Part shown: positions 36,990 to 46,408 of the stretch, piece after piece
Layout of the letters: every line of letters begins with the position of its first letter
Position numbering within the stretch: position 1 is the first letter of the stretch
Source of the DNA: Planctomycetota bacterium
GTDB lineage: Bacteria; Planctomycetota; UBA8108; UBA1146
Assembly: GCA_015664425.1 (NCBI GenBank)
Contig: DQQH01000258.1
Coordinates: 9,359 to 73,358, forward strand
Reading direction: 5' to 3'
DNA length: 64,000 bases
Program-made: the position numbers and the translations under genes
Notes under the pieces: generated by a model
The model's input: only the letters and a program-made list of their open reading frames with translations
Databases searched by the model: none
Told to the model about the DNA's origin: nothing

Positions 36990-38852
36990 ATGGCAAAAGG
37001 GTTTTTCAAAGACAATGAAAAAGTGCTGATGACGCTGCTCTTGCTGTTCATCGCTCCGACCTTTGCGCTCACCGGGCTGACGACCTGGTGGCTCGGCTAC
37101 GCAGGGGGTGACGCCGCCTACGAGATCTTCGGGGAGAGCGTCAGTTACGCCCAGGTTCTCGAGAAGCGCACCGAACTTGCCAACACCCTCTGGCTTCAGG
37201 GAGTGCTGCAGTACGGTTGGTACGGCGCGAGGCAGCCTCGGCGGGCAAGCGATGAGGATGTCCTGCAGGCGTTCATGTTCGAACATGAACTCGAGGAGCT
37301 CGATCTCGAACTGAGTGACGGTGAGTATCAAGAAGCCTTGCGCCAGGCGGCGCTCTCGATGATCGCCTGGCATCAGGTGCTGGAAAATACAGGGGGGTTC
37401 GGGGCATTCCAGGATAACTTCACCCTGTACAACAGCATTCGACCGTCGGTGACATTCAATGGTGATCGATACCTCCGGGCCATCCAGGATCCCGACATGG
37501 GATTGGGACTCAGCATTCAGGAGTTCGAAGCGGGGGTGATCAAGGCCAACCGCACCGCCAAGCTGATCGAATCTGTCACATCCGCTGCAATTGTCACCGA
37601 GAAGGAAATTTACGACGAATTCCTCCTGGGCCAGCAGAAGCGAGTCTTCGAGATCGTCAGTATTGGCGATCAGCAATTTTCAGCGGAGGCGCTCGAACAA
37701 CTGGATCAGGACTACTTCCGGCAGGTTTACGACAACTCACCCGAGGACTACAAATCGCCGACTCGAATCCAGCTCGAGGTTGCCCGTGTGGTGCTGGCAA
37801 ACCTGAGAGATGATGACTACCAGCCGGCTACTGAAGAGATCGAGGCTTTCTACGAGGCGAACAAGGACCCCGCATGGAGAATCAAGCGCCCGGTGAACTA
37901 TGTTCCTCCCGAAAACGCCCAGCCTGAAGACGACTTCCGTCCGATCACCGATGTCTTCGAGGGGATCATCTCCAGGATTCGCCAGGAGAGAGCCAAGGCA
38001 AGGGAGGGCGAGATTCTCGAGGCGGCCCTCGCCGAAGGCCAGGCGAAGAGTGCTGCCGGTGGAAACTTCGAGATGCCAGATCTCTTCGGGGATGCCAAGG
38101 AGTTCGTCGAGGTCCACACTACCGAGCCCTTCGGCAACACCGAGTACTCCAGGATCGAGCCATGGATGCGGAATGCTGCTCACCTGTCGCCCCTCTTCGT
38201 TGACCTTCGCCTCGATCCAGAGTTGTTCAAGCCCGGAACGATGTCCAAGGCGATCGTTCCGGGGACCCAGGGAAGTTACATCTACCGCCTGGTGGAAGTA
38301 TTCCCCGAGTCGACGATGACCTTCGAGGAGGCACTCGACAAGGTGATGGAAAAGGCAGAGAAGGAGAAGGCGAAAGAACTCGCCTCCAAATTCATCAGCG
38401 ACTGGATCACGAGCGCTACAGAGGAGGAGCCCGTCTCTCTGGAGTCATTTGCCTCGGAGCAGAACCTCACTGTCCACACCAGTGATGCTGTCGGTCGGAA
38501 CGAGGCCTGGAGGCTGCGCCTCGATACCAGAGCTCCACTTGCAAACCTGGAAATTCTTAGCGAAGGATTCGCATTGCTCGAGGAAGGGCAGGTCGGCGGC
38601 CCGGTGACCAACGACAGGGATACCAACGTCTACGCCCTCAGCCTCAAGACGATCGAATCTCCGGAAATAATCCTCTTCAACATCTACCGCAATTCGATCG
38701 ACGCGCAGATTCGACGGAACAAGCAGCAGGCCATCCTCGAACAGTACAGGGCAGATCTCAGCCGCAAGGCGGATGTCCGGGTCTACACCAGCCGATCTTC
38801 CGATCCGTCGCCGCTTCCGGAGTTTGGAGCGACGAGTCAGCCGGCGAGTTAG
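36990..38852 (+). CDS. Periplasmic chaperone-like protein (PpiD/SurA N-terminal-domain family) with N-terminal TM anchor
   Basis: N-terminal TM helix and a 620-aa largely helical periplasmic body. No PPIase catalytic signature recognised. Confidence 0.4.
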   Translation: MAKGFFKDNEKVLMTLLLLFIAPTFALTGLTTWWLGYAGGDAAYEIFGESVSYAQVLEKRTELANTLWLQGVLQYGWYGARQPRRASDEDVLQAFMFEHELEELDLELSDGEYQEALRQAALSMIAWHQVLENTGGFGAFQDNFTLYNSIRPSVTFNGDRYLRAIQDPDMGLGLSIQEFEAGVIKANRTAKLIESVTSAAIVTEKEIYDEFLLGQQKRVFEIVSIGDQQFSAEALEQLDQDYFRQVYDNSPEDYKSPTRIQLEVARVVLANLRDDDYQPATEEIEAFYEANKDPAWRIKRPVNYVPPENAQPEDDFRPITDVFEGIISRIRQERAKAREGEILEAALAEGQAKSAAGGNFEMPDLFGDAKEFVEVHTTEPFGNTEYSRIEPWMRNAAHLSPLFVDLRLDPELFKPGTMSKAIVPGTQGSYIYRLVEVFPESTMTFEEALDKVMEKAEKEKAKELASKFISDWITSATEEEPVSLESFASEQNLTVHTSDAVGRNEAWRLRLDTRAPLANLEILSEGFALLEEGQVGGPVTNDRDTNVYALSLKTIESPEIILFNIYRNSIDAQIRRNKQQAILEQYRADLSRKADVRVYTSRSSDPSPLPEFGATSQPAS

Positions 38853-38877
38853 AGACGGCTCGGGATCAGAGGTTGAA

Positions 38878-38925
38878 ATCAGCGGGGCCGGGGTCGATCA
38901 GACCCCGGCCCCGCTGTGAATTTGG
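38878..38925. terminator. Strong GC hairpin between convergent genes (bidirectional terminator candidate)
   Basis: CAGCGGGGCCGGGGTC-gatcag-ACCCCGGCCCCGCTG, followed by TGAATTTGG on the plus strand. The flanking runs on both strands are short. Confidence 0.45.
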
Positions 38926-38941
38926 CTGCCAGGGAGAGTGA

Positions 38942-39385
38942 TCACCCCTCGCTCGGAGTCCGATCGATTTTTTCTACTCGTCGACGGTGGCGGCCGCCCT
39001 CGAACTCGGTATCGAGGAAAACTCCCAGCAATTCGATCGCTTTTTCGGTGCCGATCACTCTCTCTCCGAAGCAGGCGAGGTTGGCGTCGTTGTGGGCACG
39101 GGCCATCTTGCAGGTGAACTCGTCGGTGACAACCGCAGCCCTGATGCCGAGGTGACGATTGGCGGCCATCGCCATCCCCTGGCCGGTCCCACAGATCAGC
39201 ACTCCAACACTTGCCGCACCTGAAGCCACGTCGGCGGCTACTCGGTGGGAGATATCGGGATAGTCTACAGATTCCGCATCTGCCGGGCCGTGTTCCTCGA
39301 CCTCGAATCCCCGTTCGCGAAGCAGCGACGCGGCAGCGGCCCGTGTCTCGACTCCGGCATGGTCCGATCCGATAGTTGCCCTCAT
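38942..39385 (-). CDS. rpiB: Ribose-5-phosphate isomerase B (RpiB/LacAB family)
   Basis: IGSDHAG...ICGTGQGMAMAANR...RAAV. About 147 aa. Start overlaps the upstream stop (ATGA). Confidence 0.8.
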   Translation of the reverse strand: MRATIGSDHAGVETRAAAASLLRERGFEVEEHGPADAESVDYPDISHRVAADVASGAASVGVLICGTGQGMAMAANRHLGIRAAVVTDEFTCKMARAHNDANLACFGERVIGTEKAIELLGVFLDTEFEGGRHRRRVEKIDRTPSEG

Positions 39386-40452
39386 CGGTTCAAGATCCTT
39401 TCCAGCCATTGCTCGACGACTGCGCTCTCGATTTCATCAGCACAGCGACGATACGTATCCATGTCCCCTCCTATGGGATCGCTGATCCCGGTATCATTGA
39501 TCAGGAAGACTCTGCCCTCCAGGGTTCCGTTCCATTCCAGGATCTGCGAACGATGGCTCTCACTCATGGCGATGATCAGATCAGAAATCCCGGATACCTC
39601 CTGGCTGATCGGATTTGACTGGTGTTCCGCCAGTGATCCGCCGAGTTCCTCGATCGTCAGCCTTGCGTTTTCGCTGGCGAATCCACCACAGAAGGCAGCA
39701 ATTCCGGCGGAGCGAACGACGTAGCCGCGCTCGGGGAGTTCGTCGACTTCACACTGAAGTCGCTGGGCGAGATGCCGTTTCAACAGCGCCTCTGCCATCG
39801 GGCTGCGACAGGAGTTCCCTGTGCAGACGAAAAGAATCTGTTTTTTTCCGAGGGCAATCGAGATCATCTCCTCGCTGATCGATCCTTCCCGTAGAATTTC
39901 CAGGTTGTCGCCCTCACCGAGTCTGACGATCGTCGATGCCTGCCCCCCGACCGCCATTCCGCTATCGATGACCCCATCGATCCTGTCCTGAAAAGAGGAG
40001 AGAACTTCACCGGCGTCGATGGCCGGTGCTTCGCCACTGATGTTGGCGCTCGAAGCGAAGACGGGAGCCCCACTCCTGGCGATCAATTCCCTGGCGACCG
40101 GATGGGAAGGGAATCGGACTCCCGTTGGAGCACCGTCTCCGGGAAAGATGATCGTCAATGGTCCGGGCCAGAATGATGAGATCAATTTCTGGGCGGAGGG
40201 TGGCACCTCGGTCACCCACTCCTGGAACTGGGCCAGCGAAGCGACGTGCAGGGTGAATGGTTTTCCCTCGGGCCTGCCCTTCAATTCCCCGAGGCGGGCG
40301 ATCGCCTCCGGTTTGCTGACGCTGGCTGCGATCCCGTAGACGGTTTCTGTGGGGAACGCGACCAGCCCTCCTTCGGCGATCATCTGGGCCGCATCGGCGA
40401 CCTCTTCAGGTTGAAAGGAGCCAGCGTCGATGGGGAAGACGCGAGTCTTCAA
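39382..40452 (-). CDS. tsaC: Fusion protein: L-threonylcarbamoyladenylate synthase (TsaC/YrdC/Sua5 domain) + low-molecular-weight protein phosphatase (LMW-PTP/YwlE-like)
   Basis: N-terminal YrdC motifs LVAFPTETVYGIAA, SANISG; C-terminal LMW-PTP P-loop VCTGNSCRSPMAEA. Confidence 0.75.
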   Translation of the reverse strand: MKTRVFPIDAGSFQPEEVADAAQMIAEGGLVAFPTETVYGIAASVSKPEAIARLGELKGRPEGKPFTLHVASLAQFQEWVTEVPPSAQKLISSFWPGPLTIIFPGDGAPTGVRFPSHPVARELIARSGAPVFASSANISGEAPAIDAGEVLSSFQDRIDGVIDSGMAVGGQASTIVRLGEGDNLEILREGSISEEMISIALGKKQILFVCTGNSCRSPMAEALLKRHLAQRLQCEVDELPERGYVVRSAGIAAFCGGFASENARLTIEELGGSLAEHQSNPISQEVSGISDLIIAMSESHRSQILEWNGTLEGRVFLINDTGISDPIGGDMDTYRRCADEIESAVVEQWLERILNR

Positions 40453-40607
40453 GGTTCCTCCTGAAACTGTCTTTCAGATGATGCTGTCGAAGCGGGACGA
40501 CCCCGGTTGAGGAGGGATCACTTCACGCGAGGTTGCGATAGTTTTCCCTTCCACGGCGGTCATGATGCCTCCCTCTTCTGGACGGGTCAAACCGTGGATC
40601 GGGCCTG

Positions 40608-41513
40608 TCAAACGGAGGCATGGTAGGAGGATCGAACCAGAGGTCCTGATTCCACCTTTTCGAAGCCCAGTTCCCTGGCAAATGCCCCGAGAGCATCGAA
40701 TTCCCGGGGAGGGTAGTACTTCTTCACCGGGATGTGCTTCTCGCTGGGAGCGAGGTACTGGCCGAGGTTCAGCCTTCTGACCCCGATGCGGTACAGATCC
40801 GCGATCGCCACCTCGAGTTCCTCCTTCCTCTCACCGAGCCCGAGGATGAGGCTACTCTTGACCCGTGATCCGCCAATTTGGACCACAGCTCCTTCCAGCA
40901 GGGAGAGGGAGAGGTCGTAGTCGGAGCCGGGTCTGGCGGCAGGGTAGAGGCGTCTGACTGTTTCCAGATTGTGGGAGAAGATGGTTGGATCGGCGGCGAG
41001 GACAATCCCGAGGGCAGTGTCGGGGTCTGGCCTGAAGTCGGGAACAAGGACTTCAGTGGTGGTCTCAGGAACCAAGGATCGCAGAGCCTCGATACAGCGG
41101 GAGAATTGCCGGGCACCTCCATCGCTGAGGTCATCTCTGTCGACCGAAGTGATCACGACATGCTGCAATCCCAGTTCGGAAACCGTGCTGGCGAGTTGCT
41201 GTGGCTCATCGGGGTCAACGGGGGTCGGGATCCCCTTGCTGACGGCGCAGAAGCCACACTTCCGGGTGCAGATTTCACCGAGAATCAGAAAGGTGGCGGT
41301 CCCCATCGCCCAGCATTCGTGGATGTTGGGGCAATGGGCCTCCTGGCACACGGTGTGCAGTCCACCGCGGTCCATCAACTGGGTGACCTTTTGCAGCGCG
41401 TCCCCGGAGGGAACCCTGATGCGCAGCCACTGGGGTCTGGGGAGTGGCTCCTTACCCCTGGTCCCTCCTCGTGCTCCGCCGTTGACGGGCTGTTTCTGTG
41501 CTTTGATGGTCAT
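40608..41513 (-). CDS. lipA: Lipoyl synthase
   Basis: CPNIHECW...GTATFLILGEICTRKCGFCAV (two [4Fe-4S] cysteine motifs). Confidence 0.9.
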   Translation of the reverse strand: MTIKAQKQPVNGGARGGTRGKEPLPRPQWLRIRVPSGDALQKVTQLMDRGGLHTVCQEAHCPNIHECWAMGTATFLILGEICTRKCGFCAVSKGIPTPVDPDEPQQLASTVSELGLQHVVITSVDRDDLSDGGARQFSRCIEALRSLVPETTTEVLVPDFRPDPDTALGIVLAADPTIFSHNLETVRRLYPAARPGSDYDLSLSLLEGAVVQIGGSRVKSSLILGLGERKEELEVAIADLYRIGVRRLNLGQYLAPSEKHIPVKKYYPPREFDALGAFARELGFEKVESGPLVRSSYHASV

Positions 41514-42232
41514 CGTTTCAACTCTCTGGAGAATCGCCTCGCCAACTCCCGAGCGATCTCCTCCTCGATCCACTCGCGGTCAGGGACCTCCGCCAGTTCC
41601 CTTTCGATGGAGGTCACCGGGCATCCCCGGATTCCGCACGGGATGATCCACTCAAAGGGGGTCAGGTCACCCTCGACGATGAGTGCAAAACCATGGCCGC
41701 TGACCCAGCGTCTGACCGAGATTCCGATCGATGCGATCTTCCGATCTTCCACCCAGACTCCGGTGCGCCCCTTTTCCCGGTGTCCGTCGATGCCGAGCTG
41801 GGAGAGGACCTCGATCAGACTCTCCTCTATCGCCCTGGGGAGCAGGTGGAGGTCTCTCTCCTCCTCGCCGAGGCGAAGGAGCAGGTAGCCGACCACTTGC
41901 CCAGGACCGTGATAGGTGGCCTCTCCGCCGCGGTCGACCTTACGGACAGAAACATCTCGCTTCTCCAGTTCCCGGCGGGAAAGGAGCAGCGCTGCCTCCT
42001 GGCTGGCACTGCCAAGAGTGACCGTTTTATCGGGTTCGAAGAGGATCAGATGTTCGAGGGATTCTGTCGGTTCCGAGGCGAGCCGCTTCTGCAGATCGAG
42101 CATTCTCCGGTGGGCGTTACCGAAGGACGTCCGGCCGAGACGTTCGAGGAGCAACACACCCTCACAGGTGCCGGGGCCCTCTACCTCGGGCAGTGGTGCG
42201 GCTTTCTCGAGCCTAGGAAAGGGTGGTGTCAT
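41510..42232 (-). CDS. lipB: Octanoyltransferase (lipoyl(octanoyl) transferase)
   Basis: RGGEATYHGPGQVVGYLLL; KIASIGISV...GHGFALI; C-terminal PCGI. Coupled to lipA. Confidence 0.8.
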   Translation of the reverse strand: MTPPFPRLEKAAPLPEVEGPGTCEGVLLLERLGRTSFGNAHRRMLDLQKRLASEPTESLEHLILFEPDKTVTLGSASQEAALLLSRRELEKRDVSVRKVDRGGEATYHGPGQVVGYLLLRLGEEERDLHLLPRAIEESLIEVLSQLGIDGHREKGRTGVWVEDRKIASIGISVRRWVSGHGFALIVEGDLTPFEWIIPCGIRGCPVTSIERELAEVPDREWIEEEIARELARRFSRELKR

Positions 42233-43505
42233 CCCACTTCTCGAGGTTTAGTTTCACCTGGGCCATGAACTGATCGGCGAGAGCTCCATCGACGAGTCGA
42301 TGGTCGTAAGAGAGGCACATGTAGACCATGTCGCGAATGGCGATGGAATCGCCATTGACGACCACCGGTCGTTTCTCTATTCCGCCGATTCCAAGGATTG
42401 CCACCTGAGGCTGATTGATGATGGGAATTCCGAAGAGGCCTCCGAACTGTCCCGGGTTTGTGATGGTGAAGGTGCCACCGGCAACCTCGTCGGGAAGCAA
42501 GCCCTTGCTCCGGGAGCGATTGGCGAGATCAGTGACCGATTTCTGTAGGCCGAGAAGGTTCTTTTCCTCGGCGTTTCTCACCACAGGGACGATCAGACCA
42601 TTTTCAAGGGCAACTGCGATTCCGATGTTTACGGACCGATGGAGGATGATCTGGTCGCCGTCGAGTGAGGCGTTGACGTAGGGGAATTTGCGCAGGGCAT
42701 CGACGCAAGCCTTGATGAAGAAAGGCATGAAGGTGAGTTTCAGCCCGTTCTGTTCCTCGAAGTCCTTCTTATTGCTCTCGCGAATTTCAACAATCCGCGA
42801 CATGTCAACCTCGAAGACCGAGTTGACATGAGCCGATGTATTCCGCGAGTGGATCATGTGTTCGGCGATCTTCTTGCGCATCACCGACATCTGCTCGACG
42901 TCGACTCCCTCCCGAGAGATCCCAATGGTCGGGAGAGCATCGACAGCTCCGCTGGCGGGACTCGGGACAGCGGGAGGGCCGCTCTTGCCCTCGATGTAGG
43001 CGACGATGTCTCTCTTGGTGACGCGACCTCCTGCCCCGCTACCGGCGATCACAGAGAGGTCGGTGATCCCGTTTTCGCGGGCGATTCTGCGGACGAGGGG
43101 GGAAGACCGGACCTTGCTGGCGTCCTCTACGGGAGGGGCGGCGGCGACGATCGGCTCTGGCGAGGCAGGTGTCGGCGCAGGATCGGAGGGGGCACTTGAA
43201 GGAGCGGCGGGGGCTTCTGGCTCCTCTGTTTCCTTCGCCTTCTTTTCTGGGGGAGGAGCGGCGTCCTGGGAGCTGGCGAGGAGAGCGACGACGGTGTTCA
43301 CCTCGACGGTCATCCCTTCTTCGATGAGGATCTCCTGAAGCACACCGTCAGCAGGTGCAGGGATCTCGGCGTCGACCTTGTCGGTAGAGATTTCGAAGAG
43401 GGGCTCGTCTCGCTCGACAGTATCCCCCGGTTTCTTGAACCAGCGAGTCAGGGTGCCTTCTGCAATTGACTCGCCCATCTGAGGCATCTTGACCTCGGTC
43501 GGCAT
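42213..43505 (-). CDS. 2-oxo acid dehydrogenase E2 component (dihydrolipoamide acyltransferase)
   Basis: Lipoyl domain FEISTDKVDAEIPAP; Ala/Pro linker; peripheral subunit-binding domain; catalytic DHRLVDGA. Confidence 0.85.
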   Translation of the reverse strand: MPTEVKMPQMGESIAEGTLTRWFKKPGDTVERDEPLFEISTDKVDAEIPAPADGVLQEILIEEGMTVEVNTVVALLASSQDAAPPPEKKAKETEEPEAPAAPSSAPSDPAPTPASPEPIVAAAPPVEDASKVRSSPLVRRIARENGITDLSVIAGSGAGGRVTKRDIVAYIEGKSGPPAVPSPASGAVDALPTIGISREGVDVEQMSVMRKKIAEHMIHSRNTSAHVNSVFEVDMSRIVEIRESNKKDFEEQNGLKLTFMPFFIKACVDALRKFPYVNASLDGDQIILHRSVNIGIAVALENGLIVPVVRNAEEKNLLGLQKSVTDLANRSRSKGLLPDEVAGGTFTITNPGQFGGLFGIPIINQPQVAILGIGGIEKRPVVVNGDSIAIRDMVYMCLSYDHRLVDGALADQFMAQVKLNLEKWDDTTLS

Positions 43506-43620
43506 CGTTCCTGCTCCTTCAGCGATCTATTCAAAGGGGGCTCTCGACAGGACTTGCCCTCCAGAGCGACATCGAGTCTACCCCAGCGTTGATGAGGGGG
43601 GAAGCAAACCTGCAATGGCC

Positions 43621-44604
43621 CTACCAGGCGGCCAGTTGGTGCGCTGCTTCGGTGATGTCCTGGACCTGGGGAAGTGCGGCATTCTCCAGGATCCCCGAGT
43701 ATGGAATGGGAACATCAAGTGCTGCAAGGCGCCGGACTGGCGCGTCGAGGTCCTCGAAACCGTGCTCGGCGATGAAGGCGGCGATCTCGCCGCCGGCTCC
43801 ACCCGTCAGGTTGTCCTCGTGGATGACCAGGATCTTGCCGGTCTTTCTTGTGGTTTCGAGGATGGCACTGCGGTCGAGTGGATTGAGTGACCGCAAGTCG
43901 AGCACATCGCATTCGACACCTTCTCCGGAGAGGACTTCCGCCGCTTCGAGGACTCGATGGACCATCGCACCGTAGCTGATCATCGAGACGTTCTGACCTT
44001 CACGTCGCAACGCTGCAATACCCGGTGGAAGGGAAGAGACACTCTCGTCGAGCGGGGCTTTGAGGGTGCGGTAGAGGCTCTTCTGTTCGAAAAAGAGAAC
44101 GGGGTCGGGATCCTCGATGGCTCCGAGGATCATCCGGTAGACATCTTCCACGGTCGCCGGGATGACGATCTTGAGGCCGGGTGTGTTGAGGAAGTGTGAT
44201 TCGACGTTCTGGGAGTGGAAGGGGCCTGCATGGACGCCTCCGCCCGATGGCCCTCGAACCACGATCGGCACCCCGGCACCCCAGCGGAAGTGGCAGGTTG
44301 CAGCGAAGTTGGTCAACTGATTGAAAGCACAGGAGATGAAGTCGATGAACTGAATCTCGACGACAGGGCGCATCCCGGCCATCGCCGCGCCGATTGCGGC
44401 GCCGATGAGACCGGTTTCGACGATGGGGGTGTCGATGATCCGCTCCTCGCCGAACTCCCCGGCGAATCCCTCGGTCAGTTTGAAGGCGCCGCCGTAACGG
44501 CCGATGTCCTGTCCGAGGAGGAAAACTCGCTCATTTTCGCCCAGGGCCCGGGAAAGACCCCTGCGCAGAGCTTCCAGATAGGTGATCGTCTCGGCCATGT
44601 GCAA
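43621..44604 (-). CDS. 2-oxo acid dehydrogenase E1 component beta subunit (stand-alone)
   Basis: 327 aa transketolase-like Pyr and C domains (…GQDIGRYGGAFKLT…). ATG (MAETITY) likely 6 nt inside the TTG-start track ORF. Confidence 0.85.
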   Translation of the reverse strand: MHMAETITYLEALRRGLSRALGENERVFLLGQDIGRYGGAFKLTEGFAGEFGEERIIDTPIVETGLIGAAIGAAMAGMRPVVEIQFIDFISCAFNQLTNFAATCHFRWGAGVPIVVRGPSGGGVHAGPFHSQNVESHFLNTPGLKIVIPATVEDVYRMILGAIEDPDPVLFFEQKSLYRTLKAPLDESVSSLPPGIAALRREGQNVSMISYGAMVHRVLEAAEVLSGEGVECDVLDLRSLNPLDRSAILETTRKTGKILVIHEDNLTGGAGGEIAAFIAEHGFEDLDAPVRRLAALDVPIPYSGILENAALPQVQDITEAAHQLAAW

Positions 44605-44613
44605 CTCCTCCAG

Positions 44614-46029
44614 TCACATGTGGATGGGGCTGCCGACCAGACCGTGGGCTGCTTCCATCATTCCCTCTCCCAGGCTCGGGTGGGGGTGGATGATGTGGGC
44701 GAGGTCAGCAGCGGTTCCCTCGAGACCGAGGATGGCACAGCCCTCGCTGATTAGGTCTGTCGCGTGGGGACCGATGATATGGACGCCGAGGATCTCACCG
44801 TACTTCTCGTCGGCGATGATCTTGAAGAACCCGGGGACCGCCTTGCCGATGATGCCAGATTTCCCGAGAGCCGAGAGAGGGAACTTCGAGACCTTCACAT
44901 CGAGCCCCTCCTCCTTCGCGGCCTCTTCGGTGAGGCCAACGGAGGCGACCTCTGGATGGCAATAGGTCGCATTGGGGACCCTGTCGTTGCGGATCGGTTG
45001 GGGCGTCATGCCGGCTACCGCTTCGACGGCGATGATCCCCTCGGCACTGGCCACGTGAGCCAGCTGGGGGCTGCTTGCGACGATGTCCCCGATGGCGAAG
45101 ACGTTGGGTCTGACGGTGCTCTGGTCGGGATTGACGGCCACGAATCCATTTTCTGTGTGGATCCCGACCTTCTCGAGGCCGAGCCCATCGGTGACCGGTT
45201 TGCGGCCGACGGCACAGAGAAGAATGTCGGTCTGGACCTTTTCAGCCGCTCCTTTCTCGGTGGCGAGGAGGACCTCGATGCCATCCTTGCCAGGTTCGGC
45301 TTTCTCCAACTTGGTCGAGATGCGCGACTCGATGCCGCGTTTCTTGAATGAACGGAACAGTTCGGCGGAGCAATCCCCATCTTCGACGGGAAGGAGGCGG
45401 TCGAGGAGTTCGACGAGAAGAACTTCCGATCCGAAGGAGCGAAAGATCGACGCGAACTCGCAGCCGACTGCTCCAGCTCCCAGGATGGTTACATGACGGG
45501 GGATCTCGTCGAGGCGCAGTGCCTCATCGCTGGTGATGATTCGAGAATCCTTGAAATCGAGGAACCCTGGCCTGGCGGGAACGGAACCGGTCGCCAGAAC
45601 GATGTTGTCAGCGTCGACCACCACCTCGGTCTCTTCGGGAGTGATCACCCGCACCTGTGTCGGTCCATCGAGCCGGCCGGTCCCCTCGACCATCTCGACC
45701 TTGTTCTTCTTGAGGAGGAGCTGGACTCCCTTTGCGTTCCTGTCGACCACCTTCTTCTGGAAACTGAGCACGCCGTCGAGGTCGACCTGGGGATTCTCGA
45801 TCTGGATCCCGAAATAGGAACTCTCCCTGGCGAGATCGATCACGTGAGCGCTCTGAAGCAGCGCCTTTGTCGGGATGCAGCCCCGGTGCAAGCAGGTGCC
45901 CCCTGGCGCCGGGTCCTTCTCGATGAGTACCGTCTTCAACCCGAGTTGGGAGGCGCGGATCGCCGCGACATAGCCCCCGGGTCCACCACCGATTATTGCG
46001 ACATCGAATTTGCCGATCTTCTCTACCAC
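44614..46029 (-). CDS. lpd: Dihydrolipoyl dehydrogenase (E3)
   Basis: FAD-binding motif [13 protein letters not shown], redox disulfide [16 protein letters not shown]-binding motif [12 protein letters not shown] start preceded by GGAAGGA; the track ORF extends 20 codons further. Confidence 0.85.
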   Translation of the reverse strand: MVEKIGKFDVAIIGGGPGGYVAAIRASQLGLKTVLIEKDPAPGGTCLHRGCIPTKALLQSAHVIDLARESSYFGIQIENPQVDLDGVLSFQKKVVDRNAKGVQLLLKKNKVEMVEGTGRLDGPTQVRVITPEETEVVVDADNIVLATGSVPARPGFLDFKDSRIITSDEALRLDEIPRHVTILGAGAVGCEFASIFRSFGSEVLLVELLDRLLPVEDGDCSAELFRSFKKRGIESRISTKLEKAEPGKDGIEVLLATEKGAAEKVQTDILLCAVGRKPVTDGLGLEKVGIHTENGFVAVNPDQSTVRPNVFAIGDIVASSPQLAHVASAEGIIAVEAVAGMTPQPIRNDRVPNATYCHPEVASVGLTEEAAKEEGLDVKVSKFPLSALGKSGIIGKAVPGFFKIIADEKYGEILGVHIIGPHATDLISEGCAILGLEGTAADLAHIIHPHPSLGEGMMEAAHGLVGSPIHM

Positions 46030-46408
46030 TGAGGGGTCCTTCCCTGTCCAGGCCTTCAACTGGGAACTGGCCCGAGGGTCCGGGTGCAAGGGGACGAAGC
46101 ACGGAAACCGCCGCGCGAAGCGGCGCCCGGGTCAGGCTTCTGCGGAGGAAAGGAGGGCCCCCTCGCGACGCTTCTCCGCTGCGGACGATACCCCGCCCAT
46201 GGCGCCAAATCCAGCGAAGCAGGGCCCTACCCGGCTACAGAAGTTGCGCACTCCCTCGGCCCTCCATTACAATGCCCCTCCGCAGCGACGCCCCTCCCTC
46301 GAGGGAAGCGTCGCGGTCTCGGTGCGGATCAGGAGGAACCGCCCCAGTGGCCCAGACGCACGCACTTCGAGACCTCACCCGACGACCAAACCATGGCAGG
46401 ATTCCGAG

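Noticed and set aside
46010-46406. Upstream 133 codons of the track ORF for the fused E1 alpha-beta gene
   Set aside because: This stretch is Arg/Pro-rich with no motif and overlaps the lpd start on the other strand. The ATG at MTTRSRK, preceded by a purine-rich stretch (AGGA), is the more plausible start.
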